64,000 nt of DNA from Candidatus Eiseniibacteriota bacterium. GTDB lineage: Bacteria > Eisenbacteria > RBG-16-71-46. Positions 39,093-52,600 of this stretch are shown here, piece by piece; position 1 is the stretch's first letter, and the number at the start of each line of letters is the position of its first letter. The notes below the pieces were generated by a model. It searched no databases and was not told where the DNA came from. It saw nothing but the letters and a program-made list of their open reading frames with translations. Location: assembly GCA_963744995.1 (NCBI GenBank), contig CAVUWA010000002.1:160001-224000 (forward strand), given 5' to 3'. The translations under genes and the position numbers were made by a program.

Positions 39093-40601
39093 ATGTCCCG
39101 TCCTCGCACCCTCGGGGAGCTGAAGGCCGCCGGTTACCGCCCGCGATCGATCAAGGACGAGATGCGCGCCAACCTCATCGAGCGCATCCGCTCCGGCGAC
39201 AAGCTGTTTCCCGGCGTCGTCGGTTACGAGCACACCGTCGAGCCGCAGATCGTGAACGCGGTGCTCTCGCGCCACGACTTCATCCTGCTCGGGCTGCGCG
39301 GCCAGGCGAAGACCCGGATCCTGCGCGCCCTGTCGCAGTTCCTCGATGAATGGACGCCGGCGATCGAGGGGTGCCCGCTCAACAGCGACCCGCTCGTTCC
39401 GCTCACGCACCATGCGAAGCACCTGCTCGATGTGCATGGCGACGAGACGCCGATCCGCTGGATGCATCGGGAATCGCGCTACCAGGAGAAGCTGGCGACG
39501 CCCGACGTGACGATCGCCGACTTGATCGGCGACATCGACCCGATCCGCGCCGCGACGATGAAACTCGACTACTCGGACGAGCGGGTGATCCACTACGGCA
39601 TCATTCCGCGCTCGAACCGCGGCATCTTCGCGATCAACGAGCTGCCCGATCTGCAGCCGCGCATTCAGGTCGGCCTGCTGAACATCCTCGAAGAGAAGGA
39701 TTTCCAGATCCGCGGCTTCCCGGTGCGCATGCCGCTCGACGTGGTGATGGTCTTTTCGGCGAACCCCGAGGACTACACGAACCGCGGCAACATCATCACG
39801 CCGCTCCGCGACCGCATCAATTCACAGATCCTCACGCACTACCCGCGGCACCGCGAGGAAGGCATGCGCATCACCGCGCAGGAGTCGTGGCTCGAGCGCG
39901 ACGGTGGGATCGAGGTCGAGGTGCCGGTATTCATGCGCGAGCTGGTCGAGGAAGTCGCGATTCAGGCGCGGCGCAGCGAATACGTGGATCAGAACTCCGG
40001 GGTGTCGGCGCGTCTGCCGATCGCGCTCATGGAGAACCTGATCTCGAACGCCGAGCGGCGCGGATTCGTCACCGGCGAAAAGAAGGTGGTCACCCGCGTG
40101 TGCGACCTGCAGCAGGCCGTGTCGGCCGTGAGCGGCAAGGTGGAGCTGGTGCTGGAGGGCGAACAGGAGGGCGCGATGAACGTGGCGCGCGCCCTGCTCG
40201 GCCGCGGCGTGAAGTCGATCTTCGCGCAGCGCTTCCCGGATGCCTACAAGCCCAAGCGCCGCTCGAAGTCGGCCGCCGCCGAGCCTCCGTCGGACGAAGG
40301 CATGTCGTCCGCCGAGTACCGGCCCGTGCTCGAGTGGTTCTCGAGCGGCAACCACATCGAAATCGCCGACGACATGCCGCAGGACGAGTTCGCGCAGCAG
40401 CTCGCATCGGTGAAGGGGTTGCCCGAACTGGCGAAGAAGTATCTCGCTCCCGCGAACGCCGCGGAGGCCGCGGTCGCGATGGAGCTCGCGCTCGAGGGCC
40501 TGCACCAGCACTCGATGCTGTCGCGCGAGCGCGTGGACGGCAACAAGACCGCGTTCAAGGACATGCTGAAGAGCATGCTGAGCGGGTTCGGGGACGACTG
40601 A
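39093..40601 (+). CDS. Magnesium-chelatase-like AAA+ ATPase (Rv0958-like)
   Basis: AAGGAG RBS; GLRGQAKT Walker A, EKLATPD, INELPDL, SANPEDYTNRG. Confidence 0.9.
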   Translation: MSRPRTLGELKAAGYRPRSIKDEMRANLIERIRSGDKLFPGVVGYEHTVEPQIVNAVLSRHDFILLGLRGQAKTRILRALSQFLDEWTPAIEGCPLNSDPLVPLTHHAKHLLDVHGDETPIRWMHRESRYQEKLATPDVTIADLIGDIDPIRAATMKLDYSDERVIHYGIIPRSNRGIFAINELPDLQPRIQVGLLNILEEKDFQIRGFPVRMPLDVVMVFSANPEDYTNRGNIITPLRDRINSQILTHYPRHREEGMRITAQESWLERDGGIEVEVPVFMRELVEEVAIQARRSEYVDQNSGVSARLPIALMENLISNAERRGFVTGEKKVVTRVCDLQQAVSAVSGKVELVLEGEQEGAMNVARALLGRGVKSIFAQRFPDAYKPKRRSKSAAAEPPSDEGMSSAEYRPVLEWFSSGNHIEIADDMPQDEFAQQLASVKGLPELAKKYLAPANAAEAAVAMELALEGLHQHSMLSRERVDGNKTAFKDMLKSMLSGFGDD

Positions 40602-40629
40602 GGTGGAGCGCGGAGCGACACTGCGGGGT

Positions 40630-41107
40630 ATGCAGTCGCATGCGATGCGGTCCAGGCTGACACTCTATCGAGCGGGCGTCGTTGCCGGCCTCGCGATTCT
40701 GGGGCCCCCGCTCCGGCCCACTCCGGCCGCGGTGGCACGGTGGAATCGTCGCGGGAGTGACCGCGCGCATCGTTCCGTACTCCGGTGACACCCGGATTCG
40801 AACCGCTGCCCAGCGGCCCCCGGGGGGCGCCGGCGCATACGTGGTATTCGGACCTTCGTTCGGGGTTCTCGACGGGTGGGCATTACTACCCGCCTCACTG
40901 GTCCAGCGACGCTCGCACGATCGACGACCTGCGCCCGATCGACCTCGGCATCACCGGCGGACTCGGGGTCGCATTCCGCCGGGAAGCGGTGCGGTCGGTT
41001 TCGAACTCCGCTACACGGAGGGTCTGAAGAGCCCCTTCATCCGGGAGTGGGACAGCGATGACCGCAACAGGTTTTTCTCACTGAGGTTATTCTTCCTTCG
41101 ATCATGA
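40630..41107 (+). pseudogene. Frameshifted PorT/OMP_b-brl-like outer-membrane beta-barrel gene
   Basis: Stitching two frames gives AYVVFGPSFG / DLRPIDLGITGGLGVAF / GFELRYTEGL...DDRNRFFSLRLFF; 5' boundary uncertain. Confidence 0.5.
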
Positions 41108-41139
41108 TGGCTCGTCCGGCCGATCGAAGGAGTTAGACG

Positions 41140-42233
41140 ATGCGCTTCAACTACTCCCACTGGAAGGGCCCGCGGCCCGAGGACGTCGAGTTCCGCAAGC
41201 AGCTCATGGAGATCTACCGCAATCTCCTGCTGCAGACGGGCGGCGACGTCGACGAGGCATTGCGCTGGATGGAGTACTTCGGTGAGCAGTACGGATTCCT
41301 GAACGAGAAGTTCGGCATCGAAGACTTCAAGAAGATGCTCGAGGACACCGGCGAGGTGGAGCAGACGCCGCGCGGCTTCAAGGTGACGCCGAAGGGCGAG
41401 AAGCGCATCCGCCAGGATTCGCTGAACGAGATCTTCAACGCGCTGCAGGCGGGCGGGCCGGGCGACCACCGCACGCCGGTGGCGGGCAAGGGCGGCGAGC
41501 GGCTCTCGGAGACGCGGCCCTACCAGTTCGGCGACAACCTGTCCGACCTCGACGCGCTCGGCTCGGTGAGCAATGCCGTGCGCCGCGCCGGCATCGACGA
41601 TCTGAGCATCACCGAGGACGACCTGCAGGTGTTCGAGACCGAGCACCTGTCCGCCTGCGCGACGGTGCTGATGGTGGACATCAGCCACAGCATGATCCTG
41701 TACGGCGAAGACCGCATCACGCCGGCGAAGAAGATCGCGCTCGCGCTCGCGCAGCTGATCCAGTCGCGCTATCCGAAGGACTCGCTCGACGTCGTGCTGT
41801 TCGGCGACGACGCGGTGCAGGTGCCGCTCCGCGACCTCATGAAGATCCAGGCCGGGCCCTACCACACCAATACGAAAGCCGGGCCTGCAGATGGCGCAGC
41901 GGATCCTCAATTCGCGCAAAGGGCGTCAACAAGCAGATCTTCATGATCACCGACGGCAAGCCTTCGGCGATCCGCGAGTACGGCAAGCTCTACAAGAATC
42001 CGTTCGGCCTCGATCCGAAGATCGTCAACAAGACGCTGGAAGAGGCGGCCTACTGCCGCAAGAAGCGCGTGACCATCACCACGTTCATGCTGGCGACCGA
42101 CACGCCGCTCCTCGACTTCGTGCGCAGGCTCACCGCGCTCAACCACGGCCGCATCTACGAGACCGACCCGCAGAATCTGGGCGCGTACGTGTTCAGGGAC
42201 TTCGTGCGCAACCGGCGCAAGAGACTGCACTGA
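41140..42233 (+). CDS. VWA-domain protein (Rv0959-like), partner of the AAA+ ATPase; two +1 frameshifts
   Basis: MIDAS DISHSM; removing one G at about 41881 and one at about 41921 restores HTNTKAGLQMAQRILNSRKGVNKQIFMITDGKPS. Confidence 0.85.
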
Positions 42234-43804
42234 GTTCCGGATCCGGCGCTTCCCCCACGGCCGCGGGCGGGGAAGCCCGGAGCGTCGCGCGGGCGGCGTT
42301 CGCATTCGTGCTGCCGCTGGCCGCGATTCTGGTGATTGCGGCGCCGAAGCTGCCCTACCCCCTGCACGGCGACCAGACCGTGTTCCTGATGGGCGCCGAA
42401 TCCATGGCGCACGGCGGCGTGCTCTACCGCGACTTCTGGGACACCAAGCAGCCCGGCGTCTTCCTGTTCTACGAGCTCGCGGGGAAGCTGTTCGGGTTCA
42501 CGTCGCTCGGCGTCCACCTGTTGGAGCTGCTGTGGATGCTCGTGCTCGCGGCGTGGATGGTCGGCGTGCTGCGCTCCAGGTTCGAAACGCCGGGGCTCGC
42601 ATCGTTCACCGCGATCGCCGCCGTCGGCGGCTACTACGCGGTTGCCGGCACGTGGGAGATGACACAGGTGGAGATGCTCGCGGCGTTGCCGTTGTTCATC
42701 TGCTGCGCTGCGGTCCTGCCGCACCCTGAGCGACCGCGCCCGGAACGCTTCTCGTGGTTCGAGTCGGGCCTCGCCGCCGGGGCGGCCGCGCTGTTCAAGC
42801 TGCTGTTCGGCGCGATCCCGGTGGCGATCTGGATCGCGGCTTCGGTCGCGGCGCGGCGTGAGGAGCGCGCCTCGTGGCGCAAGCTGCTCGTCGAGCGCTG
42901 GCTGCCGGCGGCCGGCGGGGTGCTCGTCGTCCTGGGCGCGACCGCCGTCTGGTTCGCGCTCGCCGGAGCGCTCAGGCCGATGCTGTGGACGAACTTCGTC
43001 TACCCGGGGCAGGCGCTGGCGTCCGGCGGATGGTCCGACCCGGGTCGCCTCCTCCACACCGTGTCATGGTTCGCCGTGCCGTTCGGCCTGCTCGCCGGCT
43101 TCGCCCTGGTGTGGCTCTTCACCCGCCGCGACGCGGGGCGCGAGCGCGCCTTCGACGCTGCGGCAGTGTGGCTCGCCGCAGCGGTGCTGATCGTGCTCGT
43201 GCAGACGCTCTCCTGGTGGCGCTACCACGCGCTGCTCTGGCTCGTGCCACTGGCGATTCTCGGGATGCGCGGCGTGGACACGCTGGCGCGTCTCGCGCGC
43301 GAGCGGCTGCACATGCCCGCGCCGCGCGCGACGGCGTTGGCGCTTGCGCTCGCAGCGGTCGCCTGTGCGCCGGCGTGGCGCATGTGGCTGCCCGATGCGC
43401 ACGCGCTCGCGCATCTTCCGGCCACGCACGAACAACTCGTCGCCTACCAGCGCCACGTGAGCCCGGCGTGGGATGCCGTTTGGACCGACACTGCATTCCT
43501 GCGGGCCCCGGGCGCGCAGCCGGGGCCGATCTACGTCTTCGGCGATCCGCGCGCGATCCACCTGGCCGGGCGCAGGCAGGCGATCCCGGTGAACGGCTGG
43601 TCCTGGGAGAGCTACGCGGAGCGGCAATGGGAGGCGCTGCCCGGGGAGCTCGTGCGCGCGGCGCCCGCCTACGTCGGCTTCGATCCGGGCTACGAAGCGC
43701 TGGTGCGCGAGCGTTCGCCCGCGACGTGGGCGTGGCTCGAGGCGAATTACCGCGTGTCGAAGTCGAGCGACACGCGCACGTGGTACGAGCGTCGCCGGGG
43801 CTGA
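42230..43804 (+). CDS. GT-C fold (ArnT/PMT-like) integral membrane glycosyltransferase
   Basis: GDQ..F...LYRDFWDTKQPG motif, multiple TM helices, YH motif, soluble C-terminal tail; start codon uncertain. Confidence 0.75.
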   Translation: MSSGSGASPTAAGGEARSVARAAFAFVLPLAAILVIAAPKLPYPLHGDQTVFLMGAESMAHGGVLYRDFWDTKQPGVFLFYELAGKLFGFTSLGVHLLELLWMLVLAAWMVGVLRSRFETPGLASFTAIAAVGGYYAVAGTWEMTQVEMLAALPLFICCAAVLPHPERPRPERFSWFESGLAAGAAALFKLLFGAIPVAIWIAASVAARREERASWRKLLVERWLPAAGGVLVVLGATAVWFALAGALRPMLWTNFVYPGQALASGGWSDPGRLLHTVSWFAVPFGLLAGFALVWLFTRRDAGRERAFDAAAVWLAAAVLIVLVQTLSWWRYHALLWLVPLAILGMRGVDTLARLARERLHMPAPRATALALALAAVACAPAWRMWLPDAHALAHLPATHEQLVAYQRHVSPAWDAVWTDTAFLRAPGAQPGPIYVFGDPRAIHLAGRRQAIPVNGWSWESYAERQWEALPGELVRAAPAYVGFDPGYEALVRERSPATWAWLEANYRVSKSSDTRTWYERRRG

Positions 43805-43814
43805 CGCGGGAGGA

Positions 43815-46049
43815 TCAGGCGGTCTCGGAAGCGGCGGGAATTTCGGGAAACAGTTTCTCGAATTCAGGCAGGCCATGCAGCGGCGCGAGGTCCGGATCGC
43901 GGCGCACCCAGATGCTGTCCTTGAAGCCGTTCTCCCATGCCTTGCGCAGCGCGCCCATCGCATCGTCCACGCGCTTCAGCTGCGCGAAGATGCACGCCAC
44001 GTTGTAGAGCACCGACGCCTCGTTGGGGCGCAGCGCCATGGCGATGTTGGCCTCGCGCACCGCGTCCTCCTCGCGCCCGAGCGACACGTAGTCGAGCGCG
44101 ATGTGCGTCCGCGCGCGGGCGTCCTCGGGGATTTCCTTGAGGTGGGCTTCGACCAGCTGCGTGCGCAGGTGCCTGAGGTGATTCAGCGCGTCGTGCTTGC
44201 CCAGCGCGCCGAGCGCGTTCTCGATCGGCACGTACACGTTGTAATCGCCGGCGGCTCCGTCCACGAGCCGGTCCATCATCTCGACGATCTCGTTGTAGCG
44301 CCCGTCGGCGAACAGCGCGCGGCCGAGCAGGTAGTAGGCGCCCTCGATGTCCGACTTGCGGCGCAGTGCGGTCTGCACCTGTTCCACGGCTTCGCGGTAG
44401 CGCGAGTCGACGTAGAGGCGCCACGCGCCGGCCACCAGCACGTCCGGCAGGTCCGGGTCCAGCTCGGAGGCCCGCTGCGCGGCCGCCTTGGAGCGCTCCG
44501 ACCACTTCGGATCGCGTTCGTAGTTGAGATGGTACTGGGCGCACACGTTGGCGATCGCGGCGTGGGCCAGCGCGAACTGCGGATCCTGCGCGACCGCGTT
44601 CTCGAACATCTGCAGCGCGACCGACAAATCCTGGCGCGTCAGCCGGCGCGCGTAACTCTTGCCGCGCAGATAGAGATCGTAGGCGTGCGGGTCGGCGGTG
44701 GGCCGCGCCGCGAGCGCCTCCTGCTCCTGCGGCGTGAGCGTGACGCGCAGCGCCTCGGCGATCTTGCGCGCGATCTCGTCCTGGACCTCGAAGACGTCCT
44801 TCATCTCGCGGTCGTAGCGTTCGGACCAGAGCGGAAAGTCCGTCGACGTGTCCACCAGCTGCGCGTTGATGCGCAGCCGGTTGCCGGCGCGCCGCACGCT
44901 GCCCGTGAGCGCGAAGGCGGCCTTGAGCTGCTGGCCGATCTGTCCCGGGGTCACCGGCTTGTCGCGATAGGCGAGCACCGTCGCGCGCGAGAAGATGTTG
45001 AGCCCGCGGATCTTGGACAGCTCGGTGATGATGTCCTCGGTGACGCCGTCGCGGAAGTACTCGTCTTCCTTCACGCCGCTCAGGTTCTCGAAATAGAGCA
45101 CCGCGATGGACTTCGCTCCGCTCGCCTGGCTGGAACGCGAGTCTTCGGCCGCCCGCCGCCCGCCGGACTCGGTGTCGCGTTTGAGGCGCATGAGGTCGGT
45201 CTTGAGATCGGTGGCCGACTGGTAGCGCAGGCTGCGGTCCTTCTCGAGGGCCTTTTCCACGATCCGGCCGAGACCTGCCGGCAGGGCCGGGTTCAGCGTG
45301 TCGACCGGCGACGGGTCGCGATTGAGGATCGCGTCGAACACCACGGCGGAGGTCTCGCCCTGGAACGGCAGGGCGCCGGTCGCCATCTGGTAGATCACCG
45401 TACCGAGCGAGAACAGGTCCGTGCGCGGATCGGTGAGCTGGCCGCGGGCCTGCTCCGGCGACATGTAGGACACCGTGCCCATCGCCGTGCCCGGCGTCGT
45501 GAGCTCCTGATTCCCGCCGACCTGCGTGTCGAGCTGCGACGCCGCGGCCGGGCCGGCGGCACGCCGCAGCGATTCGATCTTGGCGAGCCCGAAGTCGAGG
45601 ATCTTCACGTGCCCCCGCGGGCTCACGAACAGGTTCGCGGGCTTGATGTCGCGGTGCACGATGCCTTTCGCGTGCGCGGACTCCAGGGCGTCGGCGATCT
45701 GGATCGCGATCGGCAGCAGCTGGTCGAGCGGCAGGGCACGCGCGGCGATCATCTGCGACAGGGTCTGCCCTTCGAGCAGTTCCATCACGATGAAGTGCTG
45801 GTCTTCGTGTTGCTCGATCGCGAAGACGGTGCAGATTCCCTGGTGATTGAGCGCCGAAGCGGCGCGGGCCTCGCGCTGGAAGCGCTCGAGCGACTGGGCC
45901 GAGTCACCGAGGTCGGAGGGCAGGAACTTGAGCGCCACGCGACGGCCGAGACGCGAGTCCTCGGCCTCGTAGACGACGCCCATGCCGCCGCTGCCGAGTC
46001 GTTTCGCGATGGTGTAGTGGGAGACGGTGCGGCCGGTCAGGTCGTTCAT
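43815..46049 (-). CDS. Cytoplasmic Hanks-type Ser/Thr kinase with TolB-like domain and TPRs
   Basis: [44 protein letters not shown]...[12 protein letters not shown]; TPRs; DPDL end; no TM. Confidence 0.93.
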   Translation of the reverse strand: MNDLTGRTVSHYTIAKRLGSGGMGVVYEAEDSRLGRRVALKFLPSDLGDSAQSLERFQREARAASALNHQGICTVFAIEQHEDQHFIVMELLEGQTLSQMIAARALPLDQLLPIAIQIADALESAHAKGIVHRDIKPANLFVSPRGHVKILDFGLAKIESLRRAAGPAAASQLDTQVGGNQELTTPGTAMGTVSYMSPEQARGQLTDPRTDLFSLGTVIYQMATGALPFQGETSAVVFDAILNRDPSPVDTLNPALPAGLGRIVEKALEKDRSLRYQSATDLKTDLMRLKRDTESGGRRAAEDSRSSQASGAKSIAVLYFENLSGVKEDEYFRDGVTEDIITELSKIRGLNIFSRATVLAYRDKPVTPGQIGQQLKAAFALTGSVRRAGNRLRINAQLVDTSTDFPLWSERYDREMKDVFEVQDEIARKIAEALRVTLTPQEQEALAARPTADPHAYDLYLRGKSYARRLTRQDLSVALQMFENAVAQDPQFALAHAAIANVCAQYHLNYERDPKWSERSKAAAQRASELDPDLPDVLVAGAWRLYVDSRYREAVEQVQTALRRKSDIEGAYYLLGRALFADGRYNEIVEMMDRLVDGAAGDYNVYVPIENALGALGKHDALNHLRHLRTQLVEAHLKEIPEDARARTHIALDYVSLGREEDAVREANIAMALRPNEASVLYNVACIFAQLKRVDDAMGALRKAWENGFKDSIWVRRDPDLAPLHGLPEFEKLFPEIPAASETA

Positions 46050-46173
46050 AGGGCGGGGAGCATAGCGCCTGGGCGCGATTCACGGAAGCGTGACGCGGGT
46101 GGATGAAATGCTTCATGTCGTCGCGTTCGAGCGGGTGCAGGCGGTGGCCCGCGCATCGCGGCCCCGCGTCCGC

Positions 46174-48896
<2,723 letters not shown>

Positions 48897-48900
<4 letters not shown>

Positions 48901-49463
48901 ACGCCGCCCTCGGCAAGCAGCTCGCCGAGCAGCGCCCGCGCCTTCATCCAGTCGCGCCGCACGGTGCGCTCGGAAATGCCGAGCGCCCCTGCGGTCTCGA
49001 TCTCGGTGAGGCCGGCGAAGAAACGGCACTCGACGACGCGCGGCAGGCGGTCCCCGTAGGTGCCCAGCTGCTCGAGCGCCTGGTCGAGCGCGAGCAGCTC
49101 TGCGGCCTGATCGTCCACCCGGATGTCGCGCTCGTCGAGGCTCACCGCCGTGCCGCCGCCGCGCTTCAGGGCGTGCCGCCGCCGCGCGAAGTCGATGACG
49201 ATGTTGCGCATCACCACCGAGCACGCCGCCATGAAATGGCCGCGATCGGCATAGGCCAACCCATCCCGGGCCGCGAGGCGCAGGTAGGCCTCGTGCACGA
49301 GCCCGGTCGGGTTCAGCGTGCGGTGAGCCGCGTTGCGCTCGAGATGGCTCGCGGCGATGCGGCGCAGATCGTCGTAGAGCAGATCGACGAGACCCTCGAA
49401 CGCCCCATCCTTGCCGGCGCGCAGGTCCCGCAGACCGCGGGTGACGGGTGAGTCGGAGCCCAA
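48897..49463 (-). CDS. ECF sigma factor, TIGR02999/ECF43-like
   Basis: TTG after GGAGG; LYDDLRRIA, TLNPTGLVHEAYL, HFMA...MRNIVID.AR...KRGG, VVECRFFAGL, TVRRDWMKAR. Confidence 0.92.
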
Positions 49464-49642
49464 TGCACAAGCCTCCAGTGGACAAGGGATTAGGAAGTTT
49501 AACACGAACGCGTGGCCGGTCCGACGGCCGGAATCCGTCGTGCTCATCACGGCGTCGTCCGACGCCCCGGGTCTACCGGCGCGGAATGACCGGGTTCCCG
49601 CGCCGGGGCGCGTGCTTCCGTTCTACAGGAGGATTCCGCATC

Positions 49643-52600
49643 ATGGCCCGCACATCGCTCCCCAGACCCTCGTTCCGAATGCCTTCGCTCTGGCGTTGCC
49701 ATTCCGACCTTCTGGGATCGGCGCGTCCGGCCGCCGCCGCCACCGTCTCCTGGGCCGTCGATGCCGACGGCGACTGGAACAACCCCGCCAACTGGAGCGG
49801 GGCGGCCGTGCCGACCCTGTCGGACGACGTGGTCATCGACCGGCCGTCCGGCACTACACGATCACCGTTCCGTCGGGCACGCATGGCGGCGCACTCGATC
49901 CACTCCAACGAGCGGCTGGTGCTGGACGCAGGCTCGCTCACGGTGGCCGAGACGCTGCAGGTCAACTCCGATCTGGTGCTCGACGGCGCCACGCTGATCG
50001 GCGCGATCGTGAGCCCGGGGGCGAACGGCGAGGGAATGGACGCGCTGGACGGGACGCTGAACGGCGTGACGATGAACGCGGATCTCAACATGTCCGGCAG
50101 CGCCTACCGGACCATCGGCGTCACGAACGGCCTCACGCTGAACGGCACCGCGCTCATGGGCGACGAGGGCGGCTACTACGGGCGGTTCAACTTCAGCGGC
50201 GCGGCGCAGACGCTCGACGGTACCGGCGAGATCGTGCTCGGCGGCGCGAGCCAGCAACAACGGCTTCGTCACAGGGAACGGACTCACGGTGGAGTCGGGG
50301 CTCACGATCCACGGCGCGCGGGACATCCTCGGCAACGGCGGCGACCGCTGGTGCATGCGCGCGCCGGTGACGGCGGAGGTGTCGGGGCAGGAGATCCAGC
50401 TCGACGGCGATTCGCTGGTGGCCGAGGGCCGGCTGCATGCGACGGCGGCGGGACGATGCTGCTCTCCGGCACCTGGTCGAGCAGCGACAGCCTGATCGCG
50501 GACGGCGGCGGGACGCTGCAGCTCACCGGGCGGCTGGGTGAACGCCGGCGGCATCCGCATGACCGACGGCACGGTGGACCTCGGCGGCAGTTTACGACCG
50601 CCGCCAGTCGGCGGGTTCGTGCGCTCCGGCGGCACGGTGCGGATCACGGGACGCTGGACAACACGGGGCACGCGCTGACGCTGGATGCGGAACACGGGGA
50701 CGTGGGTGCTGTCGGGCGGGACGATCGTGGGCGGGCAGCGTGGAGCCGGGGATCGCGGGCGCGGAGCTGCGCTACGGCGGGAACTCGACGCTGGACGGCG
50801 TGACGATGAACGCGGACATGAACATGTCGGAGAGACGTACGCGCAGACGGTGACGATGGTGAACGGGCTGACGCTGAACGGGATGGCGACGATGGGAACG
50901 GCGGCGAGCTACGGGCGGTTCCTGGTGGGCGGGACGCAGACGATCGACGGGACCGGGGAGATCGTACCTCGGCGGGTACCAGCACGGCAACAACGGCGAT
51001 CGGCGCTGAGCGCGAGCGCGGTACGTGACGATCGAGTCGGGGCTCGCGATCCACGGTGCGGCGGGGACGTTCGGGAGCAACGTCGGCGAGCCGGCGGCTG
51101 GTGCTGCGGGCGCCGGTGACGGCGGAGGTGGCGGGGCAGAAGATCTCGGTGGAGGGCGACTCGCTGCGGGTGGAGGCGCCGGTGATGGCGGTGAACGGTG
51201 CGAACGTGACGCTGGCCGGACCGATGGTGGTGCTCAGGAAGGCGTCGGTGACGGGGGCGGGACGCTGCAGCTGAACGGCGGCTGGGTGAACGCCGACACG
51301 CTGACGGCGGGCCCGGGGATCGACGCTGGACCTGAACGGGACGTGGACGAACGCGCGGGGCGATCCGCGTCGGACAGCGCGACGGTGCGGCTGGGCGGGA
51401 CTTTGCGTGGTCGGACGTGGGGGACTTCGCGCGGGTGGGCGGGGACGGTGATACGTGGACGGGACGCTGGACAACACGGGGCACGCGCTGACGCTGGACG
51501 GGAACACGGGGACGTGGGTGCTGTCGGGCGGGACGATCGTGGGCGGGAGCATGGAGCCGGGGTCGTCGGGCGCGGAGCTGCGCTACGGCGGGAACTCGAC
51601 GCTGAACGGGGTGACGATGAACGCGGACATGAACATGTCGGAGAGCTACTCGCTGACGGTGAATCTGGTGAACGGGCTGACGCTGAACGGGACGGCGACG
51701 ATGGGCAGCGGCGGCGAGCTACGGGCGGTTCCTGCTGGGCAAGGACGCATGACGATCGACGGGACGGGCGAGATCGTACTGCGGGAACGCGAGCAGCGGT
51801 GAACGGGATCGGCTGCTAAGCGCGAGCGCGTACTGACGATCGAGTCGGGGCTCGCGATCCACGGCGGGCGGGGCACGTCGGGAGCAACGTCGGCGAGCCG
51901 GCGGGCTGGTGCTGCGGGCGCCGGTGACGGCGGAGGTGGCCGGGCAGGAGATCACGATCGACGGGCGACTCGCTGCTGGTCGAGGCGCCGGTGACGGCGG
52001 TGAACGGCGGGAACCTGCAGCTGGACGGGCCGATGGCGGTGCGGGCGAAGGCGTCGGTCGACGGGCGGCGGGACGCTGCAGCTGGGCGGCGGGTTCGTGA
52101 ACGAGGACACGCTGTCGCGGGGGTGGGGAGCACGCTGGACCTGAACAAGGACTGGACAACGCGGGGGCGATCCGCTCGGACAGCGCGACGGTGCAGCTGG
52201 GCGGGACGTTCACGTGGCCGGACGTGGGGGACTTCGTGCGGGTCGGGCGGCACGGTGATACGTGGACGGGACGCTGGACAACACGGGGAACGGGCTCGAT
52301 GCTGGACGGGAACACGGGGACGTGGGTGCTGTCGGGCGGAACGATCGTGGGCGGGAGCATTGAGCCGGGGCTCGCGGGCGCGGAGCTGCGCTACGGCGGC
52401 AACTCGACGCTGAACGGGGTGACGGTGAACACCGACATGAACATGTCGGAGAACTACTCGCTGACGGTGACCCTGGTGAACGGGCTGACGCTGAACGGGA
52501 CGGCGACGATGGGGGCGGCGGGGAACTACGGCCGGTTCGTGGTCAACAACGCGATGACGATCGATGGGACGGGCGAGATCGTGCTCGGCAACGCCAGCAC

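Noticed and set aside
40794..40804. GGTTCGAATCC (minus strand), a tRNA T-loop-like motif
   Set aside because: The T-stem pairs for only 3 bp and no acceptor, D or anticodon arms can be built
41891..43804. Apparent VWA-glycosyltransferase fusion (637 aa)
   Set aside because: Product of the frameshifts in the VWA gene; the membrane protein begins near 42230
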